Of a stretch of 64,000 nt of DNA, positions 13,721-27,211 are shown piece by piece (position 1 is the stretch's first letter; each line of letters opens with the position of its first letter). Source of the stretch: Stegostoma tigrinum. Taxonomy: Eukaryota. The notes under the pieces are model-generated. The model saw only the letters and a program-made list of their open reading frames with translations, was not told the DNA's origin and searched no databases. The translations under genes and the position numbers were made by a program. The DNA is taken from positions 29,061,818 through 29,125,817 of the forward strand of contig NC_081360.1 of assembly GCF_030684315.1 (NCBI RefSeq), given 5' to 3'.

Positions 13721-13822
13721 AAACAAGACAAATCACTACATCAAACAATGCCTTTTAAACTCATGACTAGTATTTCAAGGACTAATTTTAAATATAACTG
13801 GAAAGCAATTTTGTGAACTTGA

Positions 13823-13969
<147 letters not shown>

Positions 13970-13999
13970 TGAGTATCGGTTTTAACATCTTCAATTTGC

Positions 14000-15110
14000 T
14001 GGAGAAGAAATGCATTTGTCAAAGCTTTTTGTCTTGCACTCGTTTGGATAATTCACAAAGGAAAAGTAAAGGTGTTTTTGTAAATTACCACGAGTTACCT
14101 TTAATCTAGGTACTTTATTAAGAAATCTCACACAAACTAGTATTAAAATAATGATTTAGACTTTATTGCATGTAGCAACCAAAATAAGACCACTCAAGTA
14201 AACAAGTTTAAGCCTTGCAACTCAGCTTGACTATTACTGATTAATGGTGTCTATCTCTCGAAGAGTTCAGGTTTAGTCCTTGTGAGTATTGATCTTCAGA
14301 GTTCTACTACTGAATTATTCTGGTGTTGGATTCTTATAGAATGTTCTCTTTCAAATTTGGTGGTGTGACATTATTGATGATTAAATAGATTCTTTCATCC
14401 ACAACATTGACTACTGTCCTGGAGACAACATGTTTGTAGCTTGACTTCTTATTAGAAGTAGCTCCCTGCTCCTTGTTACAATTGGGGTTAGCTGCCTGTT
14501 TTAAAACCAGTTTTTTTTCCTGTAATTAACCCTTTTACTTCAGAATCTTCCTTCTGCAGGCAGACTTGATTACCCATTTGTCATGAGGCAGCAAGTTGTC
14601 AAGCAGTGTTGTCTCCTCTTTCCCAGGAAACAAATTCTCCTTATCAGGGATGGTTAATGAGCAAGTTGCTTCTAATTCCTTTATAACAGCTTCTCCTTGT
14701 CCCTTCTATCTCAAGTTTATTGCAGAAAGAGCTTTTGCTGATTCTTTCAATCCATGAAGGAACTAAAATTCTGAAGTTCACATTGTTAAAGGTAAAACAA
14801 CAATTATACAAGGAGGAGGGTGCTTATTAATTGGCAAGTGTACTTGGAGTGGTAGAGATGTTGCCATGGAGCATGTACCAGTTAATGCTAACTGACAGCA
14901 GCCAATGCATGCTGACGGGTCACTTGCAATGAACTGAAAAACAGTACTAAATCTTTCTTTGGGAATTGAAATGGGCTTGTACATGTTCTGCTTCCATAGA
15001 ACAAAGCCCTGTGTATTAATATATGTAGCTTCCAGTACATGTAAGTACGTCATACTTCAATCTGACTGTCCCAAGTTGGTTGTCAACATAATTCTTTGCA
15101 GTGATTGAGC
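14000..15110 (-). mobile_element. Old PLE 3' remnant split by a ~700-bp TG...CA-bounded insertion (~14080-14780)
   Basis: ORF 14778..15053 LHVLEATYINTQGFVLWKQ resembles a PLE GIY-YIG C-terminus; terminal-like gtgcaagacaaaaagctttgac (-) at ~14018-14040. Confidence 0.45.
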
Positions 15111-15219
15111 AGATGTCATTCTAACCTCCATTCTCCTCTTATGTGGTATGAATGGTGTTTCCCTTTACATTTACTATTTCTCACTCCCAACTGCAAAACA
15201 AAAAGCTTCAATAAATCTG

Positions 15220-15404
15220 GTTAAACACAGCAGGCCGAGCAGGAAAGCTTGATGTTTTGGGTTGGGACCCTTCTTCTGAAGAAGGGTCCCAACCTGAAAC
15301 ATCAAGCTTTCCTGCTCCTCTGATGTTGCTTGGCCTGCTGTGTTCATCCAGCTTCACAACATGTTATCTCAGATTCTCCAGCATCAGCAGGTCCTAGTAT
15401 CTCT
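15220..15404 (+). mobile_element. Fold-back PLE mini-element with 81-bp palindrome and 15-bp TSD
   Basis: Palindrome 15237-15317 centred on 15277; motif CTGAAGAAGGGTCCCAACCTGAAACATC at 15276-15303; GCTTCAATAAATCTG at 15205-15219 and 15405-15419. Confidence 0.88.
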
Positions 15405-15553
15405 GCTTCAATAAATCTGTCTTGTTTGGTAGTTCTGGGGTTCTGTACTACTGACAGATTTTAACTTAATATTATTTGACAGCTGTATCAATAACATTTG
15501 TCACATTTTGTCCAAAAGATGTCATCACAAGCTGAAGTACAGGTAAAAGTTAA

Positions 15554-15706
<153 letters not shown>

Positions 15707-16149
15707 TAGTATATTTTTGTTGGACGTCGGACTGCACAGGAGTTCCCTGGCTATTGTAATTTAGGCATGCTTTTAAACAAAATAAGATCTCATGCTGACA
15801 AGTGGATTTCCTATGTTTGGAAGTAAATGACAGCCTATTACAAGTTGATTCTTTAGGCCAACCAAATCTTATCTGTCTATTTTCCTGTCACTTCATCTCT
15901 AAAGGAGGGGAACAGGAGCTGCATGGAAGGCTGGTCAAATGGGTAAACAGCTTTTCTTTCCACTTCTACACATCCTGTATTATCCCATGATTGTGCAACA
16001 TGAATGTATCCTCTTTCCCCAGCCAATGTAACAAGGTGCATTAACTAAATAGTTAGTTCAGTTGTCACCTGCATGATGATAACACCTGGATCTATCTCTG
16101 TCCCACTAATCTGTCCCTATTTGAGAGATTGCTTGCCTGACATGAAAAG

Positions 16150-17075
16150 CAGAAGTTGATGTAGGAGTAGGCCATTTGGTCCTTCAAACCCACTCCTCCA
16201 TTCAGTTGGGTCATAGCTGGTACTCCCTAATCTATTGCAGCACTTACCTTCTCAAAATTTCTAATCGATTTGTAAAGCATGATTTGTCATAATCCATGCT
16301 GACTTTGATTAACTGTAAATGCTTTCCAAGTGTTCTGTACCATGTCTTTTATAGTAGACTGTAGTAATTTTCCTACTACTGGTCTGTACTCTTTTAGCTC
16401 TTCTTCCCTCCCATTTTAAATTGTGCAATATCATTTGATCCCCTCCAATCTGTAGGAACTACAGTGTCAATAGCACTTTGCATGGCCATTTTAAATGCAT
16501 CCAGTATTTTCAGGGCTAATTCCTTTAGTACCCTGCAAAGTAGATTTGTCAACCTTTAACCCCATTAATTTCCCCAGCACCATTTTTGTTGTAGTACTGA
16601 TTTCCGTCAATTCTATTCTGTTACTGATCTATGGTTCCCTTCCATTTCTGGAAGATTATTTGTGCTCTCTTGTGAACGCAGAAGTAAAGTATCTATTCAA
16701 TTCTGTCATTTCATTGTTCCCCAACTTCTGACTGTGAGGAACCTACATTTTGGTTTTGCTAATCTTTTTTGCCTTCGCTACACAGGTTTCAGTCTGTTTC
16801 TATGTTGCTAGCAATTTTATTCTTTTTTTTTGTTTTTCCTTCCCCCTTTTCATTGAAACTTTTTCAGCTCTTCTGAATTCTGAAATGCTCCCAATCCTTG
16901 GGTTTGTTGTTTGTTTTTTCTGGAAATTTGGTATGTCTCCTTTTTGAATACAATACTATACAGAACTTTTTTAGTAAGTCATTGTTGAGCCACTTTCCTT
17001 TTTCATTTTTGCAGTAGGCAGAAATAACTAATTCATGAACGCATTCTTTAAATGTGAACCATTGCCTATCTACCT
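16150..17075 (-). mobile_element. Old CR1 remnants
   Basis: CR1 tail reverse complement (gtaggagtaggccatttggtccttcaaaccc) and degenerate ORF2 pieces (atccatgctgact). Confidence 0.55.
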
Positions 17076-17079
17076 ATCA

Positions 17080-17298
17080 AAACACAGAACTGCACATTCT
17101 GGAACTCTGAAACAAAAACAGAAATTACTGGAGGAAACTCAACAGGTCTGGCAGCTTCTGAGGACAAAAAGCGAGAGACAACATTTAGAGTCTAGTCACC
17201 TTTCTGAAGTGTCAGTGTACTCAAAATATTAATTCTGTTCTCTCTGTACAGATGTTGCCACACTTGCTGAGTTTCCTCCAACAATTTGTGTTTATGTT
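17080..17298. mobile_element. Degenerate fold-back PLE mini-element
   Basis: ctggaggaaactcaacaggtctggcagc ... gttgccacacttgctgagtttcctccaac form inverted arms; same family as 2284. Confidence 0.7.
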
Positions 17299-19494
17299 CT
17301 TACAGTCTAATATTGGAGACCTGTCATTTGACTTTCACAAAACAGACTTTGTTCTCTCCAGCTGCTTGCTAAAATAAAACCTGATAGTTTTATAACCCAG
17401 GTGAGCTGAGTTTCCAACCCCCATAGCCTGTCTGTCACTAAAACAATTTGCTTCCATCTCTCAACACTAACCACTTGAACTTGAACCAACTCTGTTTTGG
17501 AAATCTTTATCTCTCATGAATTCTCTCTATTTCACTCCCAAATGATGTTCTGGTTGTTTGTTTCTCTGCCCTTGCTGACCTCCTTTGCTTCCTCCATGTA
17601 CTGGATTAACAAATCAACTGTAGTTTGTCCTTGCTGTGATCCTCCAGATCCTTCAATCTGGTCACATGCCAGCAGTTGTTGATCTTGCCTTGACTACTGT
17701 CTGGTGTTCCCTGCCTTAATGTTTTGCTATACTACTTTTCCATGCTTCCAAAACTCCTTACTTTTCAACTATCCTCCTCGGTCTCCTCTTGCTATACTCA
17801 TACTCTGTGGTATGCTTTTACATATTCTAGTTGTTTAAAGGCAATGCATGACTAAATGCTATTATAAATATGAACTGGTATAAAACTGACACCAAATGTT
17901 GCTGTTATCCAAGCAAAAGACGACGTTCTGTTCTCTAGCTGAGCTAACAACATTTTGAAGTGCTCAATGGCTTTCATGGTTGAGCAGATTGGCCTGCCCA
18001 CAGCTTTGGCACGAATTCAAGGGTTCAATGCGGTCAGGCAGCTAATGTAGCAGAAGAAATATAATTGTTTCGTTTTTTTTCTGAAAAAGTTACAACCAGC
18101 TAAAGCAGTTTGGGGTTTTTTCATCCCAGCTTGGTTTAATTTTTACAGGTCTTTAAGTGAATCCTACCATTTCTGCTTCAAACAACTGGATGACTGTGTA
18201 AAGATGCAGATTGATTCCAATGCTCATTGTGAAGTCCCAGTTATAATTTTCAAAAGAGGAAGTAGTGGAACAGGGACAGTGTATGCTGGTCCTAGGTCTA
18301 ACCAAGTAAGATTAAAGTAACTACTCATGCCACAGATAAAAGTCAGGCTTTTGTTTTTGTTAAAACTCAGGACAAGTGTTCATGTTCTTGGCAGAACAAA
18401 AATCTTATGTGATGACTAGCCCATTCTTAATTTCCTTCTCCACTTGTCCTCCATTTAGGGATATTTTCCCCTTTCACTCCCCTTGCCAATCAAAGTCAAT
18501 GATAAATCAAAATTACAAATTACGTTTACTGGCTCCAAGGAGGATGGCACCATAGAAAGGAATCATCACCTGATGAACAATGGATTAATGGAAACTACTT
18601 TGTCTATGAGGTTGATATCAGATGCAGTTTTACAAAGAAAAGTCAAATGTTTGCACTTCCAGTTGCAACTTCCAAAATTTTCTGTTTTGATCATTTTTGC
18701 TGTTTGTTTATGTGATGTATGGTGTGTGATTTGTATATATTTTAATGTTTCTTTTTGTGATTTTGGACTTGAATTAATATCATATGGGTTTGTGTGACTG
18801 AAAAGGCTTAGTTAACTTGTATTTCTGTAAACAGTGTTAGAGAGAATCTGGAGAGTAATATGATGTTACATTGGAAAAGTTTATGAGCAAACAAAGTCAA
18901 CTGTTGTGCATGGGTTCAGTTTGAAAGGTTGCAGTTTGATTTTTTTTTTCTTGATTATGGAAATACCTATAGCTTGAGGGTGGGTAAATAAACTTTAGTT
19001 TCAGTTTGCTTAAGTATTGAGGTTGCTTCTAAGAAAGGGAGGTAATTTTGGGACTGCTAAGAAAGTGGTTACCTCAGTGTACTAAACTTAGTTTAAAGAC
19101 TCCACATCAGATGCCTTTAGTTAAAACCCTGAAGAGGTTATCTGAAGCTGAGAGTCTTAGCTCAGTTATGAGGGTTCTGGGAAAAACTAATTCTCAAGAC
19201 CCAGAATTGAAGCCAAAGTTAAATTTAAATTTTAGATTTAAAAGAGAATGAAATTCTCTCTGGTCCAAGTACTATAAAGGAGTATTGTTGGGATTAATGA
19301 GATGGTGTTTTACTGCGTTCAAAATCTTCATTTTGCTACACTTTGGATCATTGCATTTATCTTCATTTCTAGAACTTCTGTTTTATTGTTAAACCTGAAT
19401 CCACAGCATTGTGTACTACTCTTTACCTGAAAGACTATCACGTTAAAACAACAAACAAAATCTGAGCTATCAAACCAGATTTCAGTCTGGGAGT

Positions 19495-21228
19495 GATAAT
19501 AGGAACTGCAGATGCTGGAGAATCGGCAATAACAAGGTGTAGAGCTGGATCAGCATAGCTGCCCGAACAGCATCAGAGGAGCAGGAAAGCTGACATTTCG
19601 GGACTAGACCCTTCTTCAGAAATGAGGGAGGCGAAGGGGATTCTGAAATAAATAGGGAGGGGGCGGGAGATGGATAGAAGATGGATAAAGGAGAAGATAG
19701 GTGGAGAGGAGACACAGGTCAAAGAGGCGGGGGTGGAGCCAGTCAACGTGTGTGTAGGTGCGGAGTTAGGGAGGGAATAGGTCAGTCCAGGGAGGATGGA
19801 CAGGTCAAGTGGCAGGATGAGGCTAGTGGGTAGAAGGTGGGGGTAGGGCTTGAGGTAGGAGGAGGGGGGGATAGGTGGGAGGAAGGACAGGTCAGGGAGG
19901 TGGGGACAATCTGGGCTGGTCTTGGGATGAGGTATGGGGAGGGGAGATTTTGAAGCTTACGAAGTTGACATTGATACAATTGGACTGCAGGGTTCCCAAG
20001 TGAAATATGAGGTGCTGTTCCTGCAAACTTTGGGTGGCATCGTTGTGGCACTGCAGGAGGCCCAGGATGGACATGTCATCTAAGGAGTGGGAGGGGGAGT
20101 TAAAATGGTTCATGACTGGGAGGTGAAGTTGTTTGTTGCGAACCAAGTGTAGGTGTTCCAGGTGGAAACTGATATCCATTTCAAGCCTACCACCTCCCAC
20201 AGTTACCTAGAATACACTTCCTCCCACCCTTCCTGCAAGAATGCCATCCCCTATTCCTAATTCTTTCGCTTCCGCTGCGTCTGCTCCCAGGATGAGGCAT
20301 TCTGCTCCTGAACATCTCGGATCTCCTCATTTTTCAAGGACCCCCCCCCCCCCAGTAAAGAACACCCTCAACTGTGTGTCCCACATTTCCTGCAACTCAT
20401 CCCTTACACCCCCTCTCTGCAATAACAACCAAAACAGAATCACCCCTCATTCTCATGTACTACCCCACCAACCTCTGGATCCAACGCATCATCCTCTGAC
20501 ACTTCCGCACATCTGCTAATGTGGTATACTGTATCCACTGTTCCAGATGAGATGGTCTCTACATCGGGGAAACCAAGCGGAGGCTTGGGAACAGCTTTGC
20601 AGAACCCCTACGCTCAGTTCACAACCAACAAATGCACCTCCCAGTCGCGAACCAGTTCAACTCTCCCCGTCCCCACCCCCACTCCTTAGATGACATGTCC
20701 ATCCTGCGCCTCCTGCAGTGCCACAACGATGCCACCCAAAGGTTGCAGGAACAGCACCTCATAGTTCGCTTGGGAACACTGCAGCCCAATGGTATCAATG
20801 TGGACTTCACAAGCTTCAAAATCCCCCTCCCCCACCACCCCCCCCCCCCCCCAACCGTAACCCAAAACCAGCCCAGTTTGTCCCCCACCTCCCTGACCTG
20901 TCCTTCCTCCCACCTATCCCCACCCCCATCTCCTACCCACTAGCATCATCCTGCCCCCTTGACCTGTTCATCCTCCCTGGACTGACCTATACCCTCCCTA
21001 AGTCCCCACCTACACTCACCTTTACTGGCTCCACCCCCGCCTCTTTGATCTGTCTCCTCTCCACCTATCTTCTCCTTTTATCCTTGTATCTGCCTCCCCC
21101 TCTCTCCCTATTTATTTCAGAATCCCCTTCCCCGTTTCTGAAGAAGGGTCTAGGCCCGAAATGTCTGCTTTCCTGTTCATCTGATGCTGTTTGGTCTGCT
21201 GCATTCATCCAGCTCACACCTTTTTATC
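19495..21228. mobile_element. Penelope-like element with inverted halves (GIY-YIG domain), 14-bp TSD
   Basis: 19495-~20160 on -, ~20160-21228 on +; NVVYCIHCSR*DGLYIGETKRRLG at ~20518-20590; hammerhead motifs at 19592-19619 (-) and 21138-21165 (+); TTCAGTCTGGGAGT at 19481-19494 and 21229-21242. Confidence 0.9.
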
Positions 21229-22353
21229 TTCAGTCTGGGAGTTATAACTTAAGCAGTTATAACCTCATCTTAAGTCAAAACAATAGGAAGTGTTTTTGTA
21301 CACCAGCTTATCATTACATTAAAATATCAATTTGAAATTGTCCAGTTGTTACAAAATATGTACTTTAACTCCTGGTCCCCTCATTTAAAAAAAAACATCC
21401 AAACTCAATTGTCTGCTTGCGTTACAAGAATTCTGAACCACAAACTTTTCCCGTAGTGTTTGTAATGGTACTAATTATAGTCTGGAGGATAGACTGTTCC
21501 TGTTGTCTTCTGCATGTCATATTCCACCTTTTTGAGACAGAATGCTTCATTACCTTGTTGTATTGACCTATTGAGATATAGCAAAAATAAGGGAAGAAGG
21601 TTGAATGTCCACTGAAGCACAAATTCATCATGTGCTGGTAGAGAATTCTACGCTGCATTGCTTCCATTTCTGGGCTTCTCATACTCTTCAACTATAATGA
21701 GGTTCAAGTTCTGATTCTTTTTGTAGGTGGTTATGTAATTTCATTATGTTGCAGTAACAAATTTAATAGCATCTATTTCACCTTTCACATGCTTTAAGTA
21801 TTAAAGTCCTTCACAGTGAATTTGACACTTTAAATGCTCACTGATTTTGTTGGTTACCTGGCAACCAGTCTGCATCTTGTAGGTTTCTGTAAGCTTTAAT
21901 GAATTAGGTTATGAAATAATTTGGTCTTGTGCATTCACGTATGGGCTAGGATGTAGCAGAGCTTACCTGCTCATATTTGAATGGTGATACAAGATCTTTA
22001 GCAGCAACCTGAAGACGCAGGTGTAGCATTTGTCTAATGTCTCATTGAAAGGTAAACCTTCTGACAGTCCCTGAAGTGTTGTCATAGTCTACCAATTGAA
22101 ATGGGATTTGCAGTGTGACCTGCCTTGGCTGAATGTAGTATTGTTGAACCAGGCCAGGACTTTAAATGTATGAATACTTGCGCAGGGAGAATGATGTATG
22201 TGCAAGTGTTAAAATGAGGATTTGGCAGCTTGCCTGGTTTTATATAACGCTGCCAGAAACAGTATTGGTTTCAGCAAATGGGTTTTCTATTTATATAACA
22301 GGTACCTTTTTCACATGTGTGAAGATTAAGTTGTACATTGTGCTTTATCACAG

Positions 22354-22411
22354 GTGAACCTCACATAGATGGAGAACCTGGAGATCTGAAATTCAGAATA
22401 AAAGTTTTAAA
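22354..22411 (+). CDS. DNAJB11: DNAJB11 exon 7
   Basis: cacag|GT...AA|gtaaga; [18 protein letters not shown](K); 58 bp. Confidence 0.96.
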
Positions 22412-23714
22412 GTAAGAAATTATTTGATTTACTTCTTTACCTAAGACTAATGGCTCAAGTGGGGAATTTCAATTTTCTTTTTGTCAAAGATATCCAATTC
22501 TCTTTTCACAAAGCACCAGTGGTCATTTGCTGAAATTTTATGACTCAGGTCTGGGACTTGGAATACAATATTTAAAGCCTCTTCAAACTTGCATACCGGA
22601 AATAACCGGTTAGGAGGTTGGGAAGGAGAATGGCTGATGAAATGGTCAAAGAGACTTTATAAAGTAGGCAGTATGGGGGGAAATGTAAAGACTTTTCAGT
22701 GATATGCTGAGATCCTTGAGTTCAACCATCAAAGTCAGTCTGGAAAAATGTAACGCACTGGGCTGAAGCAAGTTTATAAGGATAGGTATAATAAAAGTTG
22801 AATGACACTGATGGAGTTTTGCATGTGTTGATGTTTGGAGTAAAATTCCAGGAGCTGAAAAACCTATTCACCAAATGTTACCCAAAAGTGATGCAGGTTT
22901 TTTCCACGGACATGTAGCAAAAGGTGAGGAAGGTGATACAACAGAGCTGTTGGTGGATGCTCTTCATGATGGCTACGAACCTCTGTTTTAAATTATTTGG
23001 AATTCATGCTCTTTGTACAAGCAAAATTACTAGCTTTTATTTGGGGATGAACAGAAATGTGTTAGTTTTTACTAATTTTTACTTGTAGAAGTTCTTACTC
23101 CATGTTATCTTAACAGCCTGAACTTGGCTAAAGGAGGTAAGACATCAAAGTTTCAACAGGGCAGAAAGATTGGAAATATAGTAAACTGTCTAGAATATAA
23201 TAGCAAAAGGTAATGATTGTGAGCACATTACTACAGATTTTTGAAATTAGCAACCAGATAATTGTCCAAATCGGGGTATCACGCTTTAGCAAGAACATCA
23301 AGGTTTTGGAGGAGATTTTCCAGAATGTTACTGGAGACTTGACTAAATAATTTAAATGCAATGAGAGAAAAGAACTTAGGATACCTTTCTTCCAAACAAG
23401 AGATGGCTATGGGTTAGTAATCAGATGTTTAATATAATATTGTTTAGCAGAAAAATTAAAATATATTCAATGAATTTGCCAGCTCTATCTGGTGTAGCTG
23501 TTCAACAGCTAAGATCAAAAAGGAATTGAATGTATATTTCTAAAAGTGAAAATGTAGGGATATGGACGTGGACCAGAGGAGTAGGACTAAGGACTAATTG
23601 AGTAGCAGTTTCAAAGAGCCAGACAGACATGATTAGTAATATTTCTTCAGCTGCTTTGATCCTATGAATGACTTCAGTTATTTGCATGTTTAATAATTTA
23701 GTAGGATTTGGATA

Positions 23715-26575
23715 TCACAAGGTTGGTACTTATTGCCCATTGCTAATTATCCTCTGTGCTGGAGGTGAAGCAATTTCTTAAACTCTTAGTGCTGTTAAGT
23801 CATGAGTTTCAGGAATTTGACCCAGAGACTTTGATAGAACAATGATAAATCAGGATAGTATGTGACTTGAAGGGAATACGAAAGTGGTGATCTTCCTGCT
23901 TGCTTGCTGCCCTTGCTCTGCAAACAGTAAAAATGGATTTCAGAGATACCATCAGAAGTTTTGGCAATTGCTGAAGTGCATCTCAGATGCTGGACACTAG
24001 CCGTGGTGATGATAGGAAAGAATGTTTAAGGTGCTATATGAAGTTTTTAAAAATTCATCTTGGAATGTAAATGATGGCCTCTTTAATTTATTCACAAGAT
24101 GTGGACATTGGTTAAGCCAGCCTTTATGTCCAGAGTGCTGTTAAGCAACAACCATATTGCTATGTGCCTGAAGTCGCATGTAAGCTAGTTCTGGTAAGGA
24201 GGCCATTTCCTTCCCTAAAGGACAACATTTACAGCCCAGCCCCAGTTGTTCTTGATGTGGCGGTGGGCTGTTTTCTTGAACTGCTATAGGTCCGTAATGC
24301 TTTTGAGGAGAGAATTCAAGGATTTTGTCCCAATGACACTGAAGGAACAGCAATATATTTTCAAGTCAGGATGGCGAGTGGTTTAGAGGGGAACTTGCAG
24401 ATGATATCGTTCCCATGTATCTACTGACCACCTTCTAGGTGGTAGTGGTTGTAGGTTTGGAATGTGCAGTCTGAAGATCTTTGACATGTGCACTGCAGAA
24501 ATTCAGTGTTGGAGGGAGTGGATGTTTGTGGGTGTGGCATCAATGCAGCAGGCTGCTTTGTCCTGGACGATGCCATATTTCTTGAATGTTATTGGAGCTG
24601 GACTTATCCAGGCAAATGAGGAGTACTCCCTTACACTCCTGACTTGTGCCTTCTAAATAATGGACAGGCTTTGGGGAATGAAGAAGTGAGTTACTCATTA
24701 CAATGTTCCTAGCCTCTGACCTGCTGTTGTTGGGACTGTATTTTTATGGCTAGTCAAGTTCAGTTTCTTGTCAATTTCATGGCCCCATGATACTGTTAGT
24801 GGGAGATTCAATTTTGCTAACACCGATGAATAGCAAGGAACAGAGTTCTCTAATTGGCGATGGTCATTACCTGGCATTTGTGTGGTGCAAATATTACTTG
24901 CCACTTGTCAGCCCAAGCCTGATATTGTGCAGGTTTTGCTGCATTTGTACATGCTTCAGTACCTGGGGAGTTGCAAATTGTGCTGAACATCTTGCAATCA
25001 TCAAAAAAACATGATGGAAGGAAGGTCTTTGATGCAAGTGGGGAAATATGCACCTAAGACACTACCCCAAGGAACTAGAGCTCTTGTGCTGTAGTGGCAA
25101 CGTCCTTATCTCTAAGTGAGAGAGCTTGAGTTTAAGTGCCACCTTCTATGGATGTGTATAATAACATTCTGAGCAGGTTGATTTTAGAAAATATCTACCT
25201 TAGGAGCTCCTGTGGAGATCCTGGAGCTGAAAGACCGATTTCCAGTAAACACAACCATCTTCCTGTGTGCCACATATGACTCCAACCAGTGCAGAGCTTT
25301 TACCCTAATTCCCATTGACTTGTTTTGATCAGGCTCTTTGATGCCACACTCGGTCAAATGAAGCCTTGGATGTTAAGAGCAGTCATTCTCATCTCATCTC
25401 TCGAATTAAGCTGTCCTGATCATGTTTGAATCATGGTTTTAGTGAGGACAGGAGCTGAGTGGCCCTAGCAGAACCCAAATTGAGTGCTCGTTACTGTTTA
25501 AGTGTTGCTTGGGATGATATTTGGCCTCAGAAATAGTAGGAACTGCTGATGCTGGAGAATCTGAGATAACAAGGCCTGCTGTGTTCATCCAGCTCTACAC
25601 CGTGTTGTCTAATGTTTGGCCTGCTTTTTTTCTGAATCAGACATTCCTGTGCAATTGTCCACATTGTTGGGCAATGCCAGTGCTGTTGCTATACTAAAGT
25701 AATTTGACTAGGGGTGTGGCAAGTTCTGGACCACAAGTCTTCAGCAGAGTTGTTGAATATTGTCAGGGCCCATAGCTTTTTTTCAGAATGTCGTGCCTCC
25801 AGCAGTCCTTGTTATTCATGAGGAGTGAGTTGAATTGGTTGAAGTTGACTGCTGTGCTGGGGACCACTGGATGATGCCAAGTGGATCATCTGCTTGTCTC
25901 TACTGGCTGAAGATTTGGAACGTTTGAGTCTTAACGTTTGCATCCATCTGCTAGGCTGCCCTATCATTGAGGATACTTGTGAAGCCTCCAGTGAATTGTT
26001 TAATTGTACACCACTATTCAGGACTGCAGAGCTTCAATCTGATCCATTTATTGTGGGATTGCTTAGGTCTGTTTATCACTTGCTGCTTTTGTTTGCAAAA
26101 ATCCCACTTTTGTAGCTTCAAGTTGACACCTCAATTTTAGCTACATCTAGTGCTGCTCTTGGCATGCCTTTTTGCACTCTTCTTTGAGCTAGGGTTGATC
26201 CCTTGGCTGGATGGTAATGCTAGAGTGGGGGGATACGCTGGGTCATGAGGTTGCAGATTGTGTTGGGCGTACAATTCTGCTGCTGAAGGCCCATAGTGCC
26301 TCATGGATCTCGCTTTTCAGTTGCTAAAAATGTTTGAAGTCTGACCCATTTAGTATGGTGAGAGCACCCCACAACATGCTATAAAGTATTATCAGTGTGC
26401 AGGAAGGATTTTGTCTTTACAAAGACTATGGTGGTGGTCATTCATCTCTAACGACAAGTGTGTCTGAAGCCAGCAGATTGGTGAGGACGAGATCACTTAT
26501 GTATTTCCCTCTCGTTGGATCCCTCACCACCAGCCTAGCATCATGTCCTTGCTGCCAAGCCAGACTTGGTGATGA
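23715..26575 (-). mobile_element. Decayed copies of the second CR1-clade family with nested SINEs and a PLE fragment (~25530-25610)
   Basis: AWADKWQVIFAPHKCQVMTI on -, homologous to 7140-7190; tail reverse complement ttattgccca. Confidence 0.8.
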
Positions 26576-26664
26576 ACATTGTACAAATTGCTACCTTAAA
26601 TCAATGACTACAAAGAAAACATTTAAGATTTAGTTTTCATTTTAGTTAATTTGTTTTATTTTAG

Positions 26665-26776
26665 GCACCCAATATTTGAGAGACGGGGTGATGACCTCTA
26701 TACAAATGTCACAATTTCATTAGTGGAAGCACTGATAGGCTTTGAAATGGTTATCTCTCATTTGGATGGTCACAAG
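26665..26776 (+). CDS. DNAJB11: DNAJB11 exon 8
   Basis: tttag|G...AAG|gtaaga; [37 protein letters not shown], with the NVT glycosylation sequon kept; 112 bp. Confidence 0.97.
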
Positions 26777-27051
26777 GTAAGAGGATTGTAATTTATACAT
26801 GCCTTTATTTCTTAACATTTAGACAGAATTGCCTTTATTGAGAATGGAGAATGTTCAGCACATGCTGATTTCTAATAAATGTAGTAAAATTGTAGACTGT
26901 TCAAACATTCACATGGAATATTGTAATATTGATCATAACATCTATAATGTGGCTAATTTCTGAAAGGTAGTAAATTTTACGTAGCCAACATTTGAATGCT
27001 TGATGTTTATCACTTTTAAAAATTTGTTTCTGATTTTATTTTGCCCCTCAG

Positions 27052-27211
27052 GTCCAAATAGTTAGAGACAAGATTACAAAGCCAGGTGCAAAAGTATGGA
27101 AAAAAGGAGAGGGTCTGCCAAACTTCGACAACAACAATATTAGAGGTTCACTCATAATAACATTTGATGTGGAATTCCCCAGGGAACAACTTACTGGTGA
27201 TCAGAAGGAAG
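27052..27211 (+). CDS. DNAJB11: DNAJB11 exon 9 (followed by a GC splice donor)
   Basis: ctcag|GTC...GAAG|gcaagt; [53 protein letters not shown](G); 160 bp. Confidence 0.94.

Noticed and set aside
20718-21335. 205-aa proline-rich ORF, the longest in the track
   Set aside because: Alternative frame across the C-rich 3' region of a decayed PLE; no recognisable protein motifs.
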